A stretch of 64,000 nt of DNA from positions 6,386,001-6,450,000 of the forward strand of contig CM075994.1 of the NCBI GenBank assembly GCA_038087875.1, written 5' to 3'. This DNA is from Malacoraja senta (lineage: Eukaryota). Positions 37,446 through 48,199 of this stretch are shown here, one piece after another. How positions within the stretch are numbered: position 1 is the first letter of the stretch; each line of letters opens with the position of its first letter. The notes beneath the pieces are model-generated. The model had not been told where the DNA came from. It did not search any database and saw nothing but the letters and a program-made list of their open reading frames with translations. The translations under genes and the position numbers were made by a program.

Positions 37446-38789
37446 TTCCTACACTACATTGTTCCGTGTTCTATGTTGTATGTGCGGGCAGAATCTGTGT
37501 AAAGAAAATCGGGTTTTCTAAACGTGCGATAAAACAGCAATTTTCCAAACATTTGCAATAATCGGGCAGTTTAATTTCCCTCTCGTAGTCTTAAAGGACT
37601 GGTTCCCAAAACACACGGACGACTGAAATTAAAGTGCATTTCAAGTCTTTTAAATATATAATTTAAATCATTTAAAATATTTAAGCAGAAACGCCAAACG
37701 CCTATCACACCAGGGCATAATCCTACTCTAAATGCTTACGAATCTGCAATTTGATATTGTTTTCAAATTATGTTTAATTAAGTAGTTGGTTTCTATATTA
37801 CCTTGTGAGACAGAACGATGATATTTCGGCTAAGCGGGGCTCTCACACGTTCACACTTTCTAGGAGTAGAATTAGGCCATTCGGCCCATCGAGTCCACTC
37901 CGCCATTAAATCATGGCTGACCTCTACCTCCTAATCCAATTTTCATGCCTTCTTCCCATAACCCTCGACACCTGTTGTAATCAATGTAGCCACGAACGTA
38001 GGAGATGACCTGCATCTTTAAGAGTTGGCCTCTCGACAGTGTCACAAGTGGCCCAGGGAAATAATGCTATTTAAGCCACTGTCTGAACTAGGGCCCCGAT
38101 CTGGGCAGCGGTAGAGTTGTTGCCTCGTAGCGCCAGAGACCCAGGTTTGATCCTGACTACGGGTGCTCTCTGTACGGAGTTTGTAAGTTCTACCCGTGAC
38201 CGCGTGGGTTTTCTCCGAATTTTTCGGTTTCCTCATACACTCCAAAGACGCGCAGGTTTGTAGATTAATTGGCTAGAGTTTATAAACTTGGTGTAAAAAA
38301 TATATATTGTCCTTTGTGCGTGCAGGCTTGGGTTAATGTGCAGGGATCGCTGGTCGGTGCGGACTCAGTGGGCCGAAGAGCCTGTTTCCTGTACCTCTAA
38401 ACTAAACTGAACTAAAAAAAATCTCGCACTTTGTTTTTCGTTAAATATTCCAGCATGAAGTCACAGTCATAGAATCATACAGCGTGGAAAAAGCCCAAAT
38501 TGCCCACAATGACAAGCATGCCCCATCTACATTAGTGCCACCTGCTTGCGTTTGGCCCATGGCCCTCTGAACCTATCCTATCCATGTATCTATCTAAATG
38601 TTTCTTAAACGTTGGAATTATACCTATCTCCTCCGGCAGCTCGTTCCATGCAGCTACCACACTTTGTGTTAAAAAAGTTGTCCTTCGGGTTCCTATTAAA
38701 TACCCCCCCCCCCCCCCAACGTAAACCTATATCTCACCTTCTCCCAAAATTTAAAAAAAAAACTTCCCTCCATCCGTCATGGCACTTAC

Positions 38790-38817
38790 TCAGTATTACA
38801 AGGTACACGGGAAGCAT
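38790..38817 (-). CDS. Mucin-ITIM receptor gene, exon 1 coding part: signal peptide start (MLPVYLVIL)
   Basis: AAC-ATG context, donor A|gtaagt. 28 nt, phase 1. Splicing to exon 2 yields MLPVYLVILTFGVLVISA-PTD. Confidence 0.78.
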
Positions 38818-39610
38818 GTTCTGCTGTCCAACCCCGATGCCAATTCAGGCTCACTATCCCCGGCGTCAAGCTGAGTTTATCTGGCGGGTTTCTCTCTTGA
38901 TATTCTTGTCCAGTGGCCGACAGATGTACAATATAAATAATGTTGACGTCGGAGCATGGGTGTGAATTTTAATTTAAATGGCGCGTGCCCCTTTCCCCAC
39001 CCACTTCGCATCTCCAATTAGAGATGGAACACATAGAACTGTCTCTGTTAACCTTTTCCAGCGCAGCGGTAGTTACAGCGGCAGAGACCTGGGTTCGATC
39101 CTGACCTCGGGTGCTGTCTGTGTGGAGTTTACACGTTTTCCCCGTGATTGCGTGGGTTTTCTCTGGGTGCTCCGGTTTCCCGCACTCCAACATTTCAATG
39201 ACGTACACGTTTGGAGATTTAATGACTAAGTTTAGTTTAGATATACCGCGAGGAAACAGCCCCTTCAGCTCACCGAGTTCGCACCGACCAGCGGTCCCCG
39301 CACACGAACACTATCCTACACATACTGTGGACAATTTACAATTATGCCGAAGCCAATTAACCTACGAACCTGCGCGTCTTTGGAATGTGGGAAGAAACCG
39401 AAGATCTCGGAGAAAACCCGCAGGGGGAACGTGCACACTCAGTGCAGTCAACATAGACAGTTCCTCGCGTCTCGGGTGTATTTTCAACTCGGACAGCAAC
39501 CATAGTCAGGATCGAACCCGGGTCTCTGGTGCTATGAGGCAGCAACTGTACCGCTGCGCCACGTGGCCATTCACCTTCACAGATGGTGCTTGATCACGCT
39601 GAGTTCTGAG

Positions 39611-39889
39611 GGCGGCACGGTGGCGCAGCGGTAGAGTTGCTGCCAACAGGCCAGAGACTCGGGTTCGATCCCTGACCACGGGTGCTGTCTGTATGGAGTT
39701 TGTACATTTTCCCCGTGACATGCGTGGGTTATCTCCGAGTTCTTCAGTTAACTCCCACATACATGTTTGTATAAATGGAAATTGCCCCTAGTATGTATAG
39801 GATGGTGTAAATATGCGGGGATCGCTGGTCGGTGCGGACTCGGTGGGCCGAAATGCCTGTTTCCGCGCTGCATCACTAACCTAAACTAA
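39611..39889 (+). mobile_element. HE1/V-type SINE, full length (one of more than 20 copies in the window)
   Basis: GGCGGCACGGTGGCGCAGCGG A-box, GGTTCGATCC B-box, central domain and CR1-like tail with ctaaa repeats. Others at about 32905, 33845(-), 38100, 39225(-), 48425(-), 49141, 52840(-), 55667 and 63010. Confidence 0.9.
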
Positions 39890-41701
39890 TCAGGGCAGTT
39901 TATATATTAGTGGCTTTTGTTCGACGCACCTTTATGTTGGCGAATGTCGTGACAGGTACTAACACTACTGGATAAGACGCTATTGAACGTAGATATACAT
40001 ATATATTTCTTATAAAGAATATTTTGTATATATTTCTTATTTTCTTATATATAAATATATAGTTTTTTTTATTTTTTACATTTTAAACACGGCAGATCGT
40101 CGTCCTAGAAAACTGTTCAAACTTTTATAATCATTTGCGTCCCTTAAACTTTTTAAGGGTCTGGCCACCTAATTTAATTAACACGTTGTATTTGTTAAAC
40201 GATGATTCTTTTGTAATATTGAGAGTCTGAAGCATGTAAAAGTCTAGTTTTTAAGTTTTGGATTGCTGGCACACAAAAACAATGATTAATTTTTACATCT
40301 TATTTATTAAACAACTTTTTCTGATCGCTAGAACAAAGTTATTTAAATTTAAGGGCAGCGCAGTGGTGCAGCTGGTAGAGCCGCTGCCTCACGGCATCAG
40401 AGAACGGAGTTCGATTCTGACCTCGGGTACTCTCTCTGTGGAGTTTACAAGTTAGTGGGTAGGTTTCCTCCGGGTGCTCCGGTTTCCACCTTTGTAGGTT
40501 AATTGACCCCCAGTAAATTGTCCCTACTGTGTAGGGGGTGGGTGAGGAAGTCAGAAAGCATTTGAAGGCACTGAGCCTGTACTTGCTGGAGTTTGGAAGG
40601 ATGAGGGAGGACCTCATTGAAACTTACCGAACAACGAAAGGCCTGGATAGAGTGTATGTGGAGAGGATGTTCCCACTAGTGGAAGAGTCTAGGTCCAGAG
40701 GTCGCAGCATCAGAATAAAAGTTCGTTCATTTAGAAAGAAGATGAGAAGAAATTTATTTAGTCTGAGATTGCCGTGGAGGCCGTTTTAAGGCGGAGATTG
40801 TTTGATTCTTGGTTATGGGAAGAAGGCAGGAAAATGCTGTTGAGAGAGAAATATATATAATTGCGGGGTAGACTTGATGGGCTTAATGACCTAATTCTGC
40901 TTCTAGAATGTATAGACTTATGGACTAGGGTGATCGATGGTCGACGTGGGTACGGTGGGCCGAAGGACTTTTTTTCTGTGCTGTATCAGTAAATTAAACC
41001 AAACAAAAACGTTGACCCAGTTTCTGTCTCCACTGCAGCGGTTGTGGTTATGGCTATTATTAAAACCACTTGCTGATCCTCCAAGTTCTGAATTTGAGTA
41101 TAAATTCTACAGCCACTGTAGCGAGCATTGAACTTACGCCTCCGCTTCATTGGACTATTAACTTGATCGGCACTATTCCCAGATTTCCATCAGCCTATTA
41201 AACACTACAACAACCTCCAAATAAGCTCAGAACTACATAGACATGGAACGCTAGAGACCCGTGTTCGATCCTGAATGCGGGTGCCGTCTGAAAAGAGTTT
41301 GTAAGTTCTCCCCGTGCCCTGCGTGGGTTTTCCCCGGGCGCTCCGGTTCACTCCCACATTCCAAAGACATACAGATTTGTAGGTTAATTCGCTTCGGTAA
41401 AATTGTAAATTGTCCCTCGTGTGTGTAGGATAGTGTCAGTGTGTGGGGATAGCGGTGCGGAATTGGTGGGCCGAAAGGCCTGTTTCCGCTCTGTATCTCC
41501 AAACTAAACTATTATTGTTATTATTGCATTATTATTGCTTGTTTCTATGTACATATATGCCTATCATGTGCGTATGTGCGCGTATATATTTATGAATATA
41601 GAAAAGAAGATAGACACAAAATGCTGGAACAGCGGGATAGGCAGCATATATATAGATTATTGTTGTTATTGCATTGTTATTGTTTGTTTTTATGTACATT
41701 T

Positions 41702-41948
41702 NNNNNNNNNNNNNNNNNNNNNNNNNNNNNNNNNNNNNNNNNNNNNNNNNNNNNNNNNNNNNNNNNNNNNNNNNNNNNNNNNNNNNNNNNNNNNNNNNNN
41801 NNNNNNNNNNNNNNNNNNNNNNNNNNNNNNNNNNNNNNNNNNNNNNNNNNNNNNNNNNNNNNNNNNNNNNNNNNNNNNNNNNNNNNNNNNNNNNNNNNNN
41901 NNNNNNNNNNNNNNNNNNNNNNNNNNNNNNNNNNNNNNNNNNNNNNNN
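41702..41948. other. Assembly gap
   Basis: Run of N. Confidence 1.
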
Positions 41949-42640
41949 ATATTTACATATTTTGTTGTGCTGCTGCAAGTAAGAATGTCATTGTTCTATT
42001 TGGCACATATGATAATAAACCACTCTAGACTCTTGACTTGAGATGATACTTGAGGGAGGGAAAAATGATTTGTTGTTGGTTGTTTGAAAGGAGTGGTTGG
42101 ATTCCATGAAAAGGAATCATGCATTTGAGGTCAGAAATACAGCATTTAAAAGACATTTTAATATAATGGTCCCCGGGTTGAATGGGTCAACATATGACAG
42201 CGTTTGATGGCATTGGGCCTGTACTCGCTAGTTTAAAAGGATGAGGGGGTATATCACTGAAACTTAACGGGTAGTGAAAGGCCTTGATAGAGTGGATGTG
42301 GAGAGGATGTTTTCACGAGTGGGAGAGTCTAGGATCAGAGTGCGGGTGTCAGGGGTTATGGGGAGAAGGCAGGAGAATGGGGTTGAGATGGACAGATAGA
42401 TCGGCCAAGATTGAAAGGCGGAGTAGACTGGACGGGCTGAACAGTTTAATTCTGCTCCTATGACTTATGGACATGAACTACCTTTTCTCTGCACTCTGCG
42501 GTTCTTGTCCAGCATTTCTTTGCCTCCACAAATGCTGCTCGAACTGCTGAGATCCTCTAACAGGTTATTGTTTTCTTGCTACAGATTGCAGTATCTGCAG
42601 TCTCTTGTATCTCAATAACAACCTGCTCTTCAGAGAAGAC

Positions 42641-42710
42641 ATGTACAGGAGAATTCCTGGGATTCACTCCCTCATCGGGATACTTTGGCTGCTGTTGAGC
42701 GACTCTGGAG
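42641..42710 (+). CDS. CD2/SLAM-family gene, leader exon (MYRRIPGIHSLIGILWLLLSDSG)
   Basis: 70 nt, phase 1, donor G|gtgagt. Basic n-region, hydrophobic h-region, small-residue c-region. Confidence 0.82.
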
Positions 42711-43169
42711 GTGAGTCCATGCCTTGAGCTCGGGGTGCGGGTGGCGGTAGGGTGGACGAAGGTGTGTTATAGAGAACAGTACAGCACATGAACAGGCCAT
42801 TTAGCCCACAACATCCATGCCGAACATGATGCCAAGTTAAAGTAAACTCCTCTGCCCGCACATAATCCATATCTATGCATTCCCTGTATATCAATGTGCC
42901 TTTCCAAAAGCCACATAAACCCCGCTATCGTATCTTCCGTCCACCGCCACTTCCAGCAGCGCATTCCAGACACCCACCACTCTTGGTGTAAACAAAAACT
43001 TGTGGTGCCCCAGTCCCCTCCCACATCCCGAAGACGTGCAGGTTTGTAGTTTAATTGCCCGCAGTGCGTCTGGAGTGGGTGCGAAAGTGGAATAATATAG
43101 AAGTTGTGTGATCGGGTGATCCATGGTTGACATGAGCTCTGAGTAATGAGTACCCTTTTTCCATGCTCG

Positions 43170-43217
<48 letters not shown>

Positions 43218-43296
43218 GGTCTGTCTGTCTGGTCTGCCTGGTCTGTCTGGTCTGTCTGTCTGTCCTGTCTGTCTGTCCTGTCTGTCTGTCCTGTCC

Positions 43297-43368
<72 letters not shown>
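43170..43368. repeat. (TGTC)n microsatellite
   Basis: Direct reading. Confidence 0.98.
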
Positions 43369-43371
<3 letters not shown>

Positions 43372-43404
43372 ATTTATCCATCCACCTACCCAGGGACTAT
43401 AAAT

Positions 43405-44010
43405 GCCTGTGAGTGTACCAGGACAGTAAACTGGACTGGTCCAGGAACACTAAGGCCTTGCATAAGAAGGGGGAGAACCGTCTGCTCCGCAACTTCAACG
43501 TCCGCAGTGAGATGCAGCAAATGTTCTACCAACCGGTGGTAGCCAGTGCCATCTTCGTTGCTGCTGTGTGCTGTGGCAGCGGGGCGAAGGCTGCGGACTG
43601 CAACAGGATCAACAAACTCATCAGGAAGGCTGGCCCCATTCTGGGGGTGGAGTTGGATTCATGGGAGGTGGTCTTGGAGGGGATGATGCTTCGCAAACTG
43701 CGGAGCATCCTGGACAATACAGCTCACCCACCCATGACACACTGGTCAACCTGAGTAGTACCTTCAGTAACAGACTGCTTCCACCAAGATGCAGGACAGA
43801 ACGCCACAGGAGACCCTTCTTCCCTGTGGCTATCGAACTTTACAACTCCTCCCCCCTCTAATGGGGTAGACTGAGACTGAGACTGACCCACCCCCATCCT
43901 CATTCTGTGCACATTCCCAAAGCCATACCACTCTCACTTTATTTTCATGTTTCATGTTTCATGTTTTTTTTATGACTGTTGGCAAATTAATTTCCTTCCT
44001 GCGTAAATAA
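43405..44010 (+). mobile_element. Rex1/Babar LINE 3' fragment
   Basis: DSKLDWSRNT..MFYQPVVASAIF.AAVC.GS, followed by 3' UTR. Confidence 0.8.
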
Positions 44011-44338
44011 AGTTCTAGTGTATCGGATCGGATCTATCGAAACGCGTTACAATGTACCTCTGTACATGTGACAATAAACTAAACTAAACTATCTATCTTC
44101 TAATCTATCTAAATAATCTATCTATACAATCTATCAATATATCTAATCTATCTAATATATCAATCTAATCTATCTAGTTTATCTATCTATTTAATTTATC
44201 AATCTAATCTATCCATCCAGACTGGGTTCAATAACAACCTCCAGAAATGTCTGTGTGGAATTTACAAATTCTCCCTCTGACTGACCCTTGCAAACTTCAA
44301 ATTGAATATGTGACGTGATGCCATATTCTGAATATGTG

Positions 44339-44997
44339 AATAAGTAAGTAAGTAACTAAGCAAGTAAGTACGTTTATTGGCCATGTATTCACATACAAGG
44401 AATTTGCCTTGGTGCCCCGCCCACAAATAACAACATGACATACAGTGACAGTTACGAATGACTCAGAAAACACTAAATATTAATAATAATAAGAGATTAA
44501 TGATAAAACACCATTGATCAAGCATGTGAACCAACAAAATACCAGATCAAAGGGAGGCTACATTTTTTGGCTGTTGAGTAGAGCAACTACTCGTGGATAA
44601 ATACTGTTTTTATGTCTGGCTGTGGCAGCTTTGACAATCTGGAGTCGCCTTCCAGAGGGAAGTGATTCAAAGACTTTGTGGCCAGGGTGAGAGGGGTCAG
44701 AGATGATCTTGCCCGCTCGCTTCCTGGCCCTTGCAGTGCACAGTTCATCAATGGAGGGAAGGTTGCAGCCAATAACCTTCTCTGCTGATCGGACGATTCG
44801 CTGCAGCCTCCAGGTGTCGTGCTTGGTGGCTGAGCCAAACCAGACCATGATGGAGAAGATGAGAACAGACTCTACGATGGCCATGTAGAATTGGACCATC
44901 ATTGCCTGTGGCAGATTGTGCTTCCTCAGCTGCCGTAGGAAGTACATCCTCTGGTGTGCCTTTTTGACTGTGGAGTCGATAGTGCTGCTGGCAGAAT
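44339..44997 (-). mobile_element. Rex1/Babar LINE, 5'-truncated, with 21-bp TSD
   Basis: KKAHQRMYFLRQLRKHNLPQ..FYMAIVESVL; (CTTA)n-type tail. TSD ATGCCATATTCTGAATATGTG at 44318-44338 and 44998-45018. Confidence 0.9.
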
Positions 44998-45199
44998 ATG
45001 CCATATTCTGAATATGTGGAAGGAAAACGGCGCACCCGGAGAAAACCCACGCGGTCACGGGGCGAACGCAGAAAATCCGTACAGACAGCAGCCGTTGTCA
45101 GGATCAAACCCGGGTCTCTGTCGCTGCAAGGCAACAAGTCTACCGCTGCTGTTTTAAATACTGTGGGGGTTTTTTGTTAATCTGCTTTTCTTGAAACAG

Positions 45200-45298
45200 A
45201 ACATGTGTCATTAACGGTGATAAATATCAGTGAGACCTTCACTGTAGAGGTGTGTAACGTTAGCTTGGTATGTTCACTGAAGCACGGCACCGAGCCAA
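45200..45298 (+). pseudogene. Truncated duplicate of the SLAM-like IgC2 exon
   Basis: ttttcttgaaacag acceptor, then a sequence nearly identical to the first third of 47909-48199 that breaks off at gagcca. Confidence 0.85.
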
Positions 45299-45603
45299 TA
45301 TATCCAATCTATCTAATATATCAATCTATCTAATGTATCTAGTTTATCTACCTATTTAATTTATCAATCTAATCTATCCATCTAGACTGGGTTCAATCAC
45401 AACCTCCAGAAATGTATGTGTGGAGTTTGCATATCTCCCTGTGACTTACCCTTGCTAACTCCAAATTGAAGATGTGAGATGCTGCCATGGGTAGACCTGC
45501 TGCCCTTGCCATTAGGGTTGGGGCAACTCACTGCTGTGCTGGGAAACTATGAACACCAACACACCAGAGCTTATGGCACTAATACCTTGTCCTTCTGTTT
45601 CAA

Positions 45604-45850
45604 GTCTGGGACAGACTGCTGGGAAACCAGGCACTCGTCGCTTGGTGAATGGGACACTGGGACATGTCAGTCACATTACCAGGATGTATCTCAGGAGAAA
45701 ACATTTCAATCCTCACTTGGGATTACCAAAGTTCACCAACAACAGGAAATATCCCATTATGTACGAAAACTCAAAACAGTCCAACAAAATATGGCAAACA
45801 GCGAATCAGATTAAACTTAAAAGACTAGTCTGCAAATACAGAACCTACAG
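45604..45850 (+). pseudogene. Decayed duplicate of the SLAM-like IgV exon
   Basis: Acceptor mutated (tttcag to tttcaa), frameshifts, and a 3' end lost at the MITE. Confidence 0.88.
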
Positions 45851-46137
45851 CCCTGTCCCACGGTGCGAGTTCGTTCCAAGAGCTCTCCCGAGTTTTGAAA
45901 AAATCAACCTCGTGGTAAGCACGGAGAATGAACATAGCGGGTACGTCGAAGCTCGGGGACGTCACTTAGCGCTAACGGCGGGTAAGCATGGGAAGACTCG
46001 TGAAGATTTTTCAACATGATGAGAAATGTCCACGAGAGCCCCGAGTACCGACGAGTGGCCATTATCGTAAATCTCCGAGTTCGAATCAGGGCATACTCGG
46101 GAGAACTCTTGGAATGAACTCGGACCGTGGGACAGGG
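45851..46137. mobile_element. MITE (PIF/Harbinger-like TIR)
   Basis: 14-bp perfect TIR CCCTGTCCCACGGT at 45851-45864 and 46124-46137. No clean TSD, and an adjacent deletion. Confidence 0.75.
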
Positions 46138-46162
46138 GACAGTTTGCTTTTCATTGAAACAG

Positions 46163-46468
46163 AACGTGTATTATTACCGGTGATAACTATCTGTGAAACC
46201 TTCACTGAAGAGGTGTGTAACGTTAGCTTGGTATGTTCACTGGAGCACGGTACCGAGCCAGTCTACACTTGGTGGTCAGGAGACGCAAGGTCACGGCAGA
46301 TGGATCGCACATACTGATTGACGAAGGGAGAATGCTGGCAATATCCATAGCTCTACCGAACAACAACAGCGTGTACAACTGCACCGTGGGGAACCCTGTT
46401 AGTGAGGAACCCTGTTAGTGATGAGACGCTGAGCGTGGATCTCACAGAGCTCTGACCTGCCCATGAAG
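46163..46468 (+). pseudogene. Decayed duplicate of the SLAM-like IgC2 exon
   Basis: 1-bp deletion, 16-bp tandem duplication (ggaaccctgttagtga) and TGT to TGA. The downstream intron matches 48200-48261. Confidence 0.9.
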
Positions 46469-46980
46469 GTTTGGGGCTTTATCTTTTCACACTAAGCACA
46501 CTTCTCAAATAAAATAAGGGCTATTTATTATGTACCTAAACAAATCCAAAATCCTTCCGATGGAAGAAATCAGGTAATAAATTTAGTTTAAACAGGCACA
46601 AAATGCTGCCAGTGGGATTCTATGCCATAGAAGGCAGTGGAGTCTAATTCAATGGATGTATTCAAGAGAGAGAGTTAGATAAAGCTCTTGGGGTTAACGG
46701 AATCAAGAGATATGAAGTAAAAGCAGGAACAGGGTACCGATTGTGGATAATCAGCCACGGTCATATTGTATGGCTCGAAGGGCTGAATGGCCTATTCCTG
46801 CACGTACTTTCTATGTTTCTAAGATTATTCATTCAGAGCCTCATCTGTATGGGTGGTGGAATACTCATGTGCCTGCTGCCCTTGTCCATTAGGGTTGGGA
46901 CAACTCACTGCTGTGCTGGGAAACTATGGACAACAACACACCAGAGCTGATGGCACTAATATCTTGTCCTTGTGTTTCAG

Positions 46981-47310
46981 GTCTGGGACAGACTGCTGGG
47001 AAACCAGGCACTCGTCGCTTGGTGAATGGGACACTGGGACAGTCAGTCACGTTACCAGGATGTATCTCAGGAGAAAACATTTCAATTCGCACTTGGGATT
47101 ACCGCAATTCACCAACAACAGGAAAGGTTAAATTATGTATGAAAACTGAAAACAAGCCAATACAATGTAACAAACAGGGAATTAGGTTAAACCTGAAGGA
47201 CTGTAGTCTGCAAATACAGAACCTAACAGAACATGATCAAGGTCTATATGAAATGAACTTATGGACGACTTTGGCTGTCCATCTACAAGTGACAGAACTG
47301 ACGATTTATG
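46981..47310 (+). CDS. CD2/SLAM-family gene, IgV exon
   Basis: Acceptor cttgtgtttcag, donor G|gtaatc. 330 nt, phase 1 to 1, open. VNGTLGQSVTLP..W..DCSLQIQNLTEHDQGLYE..LTIY, with no F-strand Cys as in the CD2 family. Confidence 0.9.
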
Positions 47311-47908
47311 GTAATCTATTTCAATTTTTTAAACGATACATTTTCCAATCTAACAATCTTTAAGAACTTAAAGATGTAAGGGGAGATGCTTTCGATGTGA
47401 GTCCATGTCTGTGGGTTATACGGGCAGGGTGAATACTGAAACATTGCGTGGGTTGGAGTCCTTGCTTATTTAGGAACCCATCCTCAGTATTTGCCGTTTG
47501 AACATTAATGGCAGTGTATTAGGATGGGTTCTTGAAGGGAGGTCTCTCCAAGCCATCTGACTTCTCTGTACTATGGTAGGTCCACAGACATTAAACTTTC
47601 TCTGCTAATAACGAGTTTACTTGTGATCCAGTTTTGGTGGCAAAGTGTAACCTGGACGATTCGTTTTTGTAAACTCACGGGAAGGATTTTGAACTAAAAC
47701 TACGGGTGCTTGTCTGTACACAGTTTGTGAATTGTCTGTAGTGTGTGTAGGATAGTGCTAATGTGCGGGGATCGCTGGTGGGCGCGGACTGGGTGGGCCG
47801 AGGGCTTGTTTACGCTGTATCTCTTAATGTTCTCGTGGGAAACTCATGGCGAGCAGCTTCTGGTTGTTATTATTCCATCGCTTGTATTTGTGCTTTTCTT
47901 TGAAACAG

Positions 47909-48199
47909 AACGAGTGTCATTACCAGTAATAAATATCAGTGAAGCCTTCAATGACGGGGTGTGTAACGTTAGCTTGCTATGTTCATTGGAGCACGGCACC
48001 GAGCCAGTCTACACTTGGTGGTCAGGAGATGGCAAGGTCACGGCAGATGGGTCCCACATACTGACTAACGAAGGGAGAAGGCTGGCACTATCCATAGCTC
48101 TACCCAACAACAACAGCGTGTATAACTGCACCGTGGGGAACCCTGTCAGTGAGGAGACGCGGAGCGTGGATCTCACAGAGCTCTGTCCTGCCCATGAAG
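47909..48199 (+). CDS. CD2/SLAM-family gene, IgC2 exon
   Basis: Acceptor ttttctttgaaacag, donor G|gtctgt. 291 nt, phase 1 to 1. ERVSLPVI..CNVSLLCS..YTW..SVYNCTVGNPVSE..LTELC is the four-Cys SLAM C2 pattern. Confidence 0.92.

Larger units (their letters stand above)
39575..42030 (+). repeat. Segmental duplication, copy A (region upstream of the SLAM-like leader exon)
   Basis: Unique AT-rich sequence plus the same SINE and CR1 remnants recur collinearly at 55633-56392 and 62090-63930. Confidence 0.9.

Noticed and set aside
37802-37860. Strong minus-strand donor AAG|gtaata as first exon of the mucin gene, with an internal ATG at 36169 (type III topology)
   Set aside because: It has an in-frame stop and no ATG, whereas the exon at 38790-38817 completes a convincing signal peptide. 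It could still be a minor non-coding alternative.
38820-38900. Plus-strand peptide FRLTIPGVKLSLSGGF resembling Ig E-F strands
   Set aside because: Followed by a stop, no Cys/Trp framework and no splice sites. It is the antisense of the mucin gene's 5' region.
39611-39690. tRNA gene
   Set aside because: The A/B boxes belong to SINE heads. There is no cloverleaf or terminator, and each continues into the SINE body.
39934-39955. Possible SLAM leader exon MLANVVT|gtacta (paralogue at 55988-56009)
   Set aside because: Too short and weakly hydrophobic, with a poor donor. A much better leader exists at 42641-42710.
46926-46980. N-terminal MDNNTPELMALISCPCVS of the 145-aa ORF as a signal peptide
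   Set aside because: It is intron sequence ending in the polypyrimidine tract and AG of the V exon.
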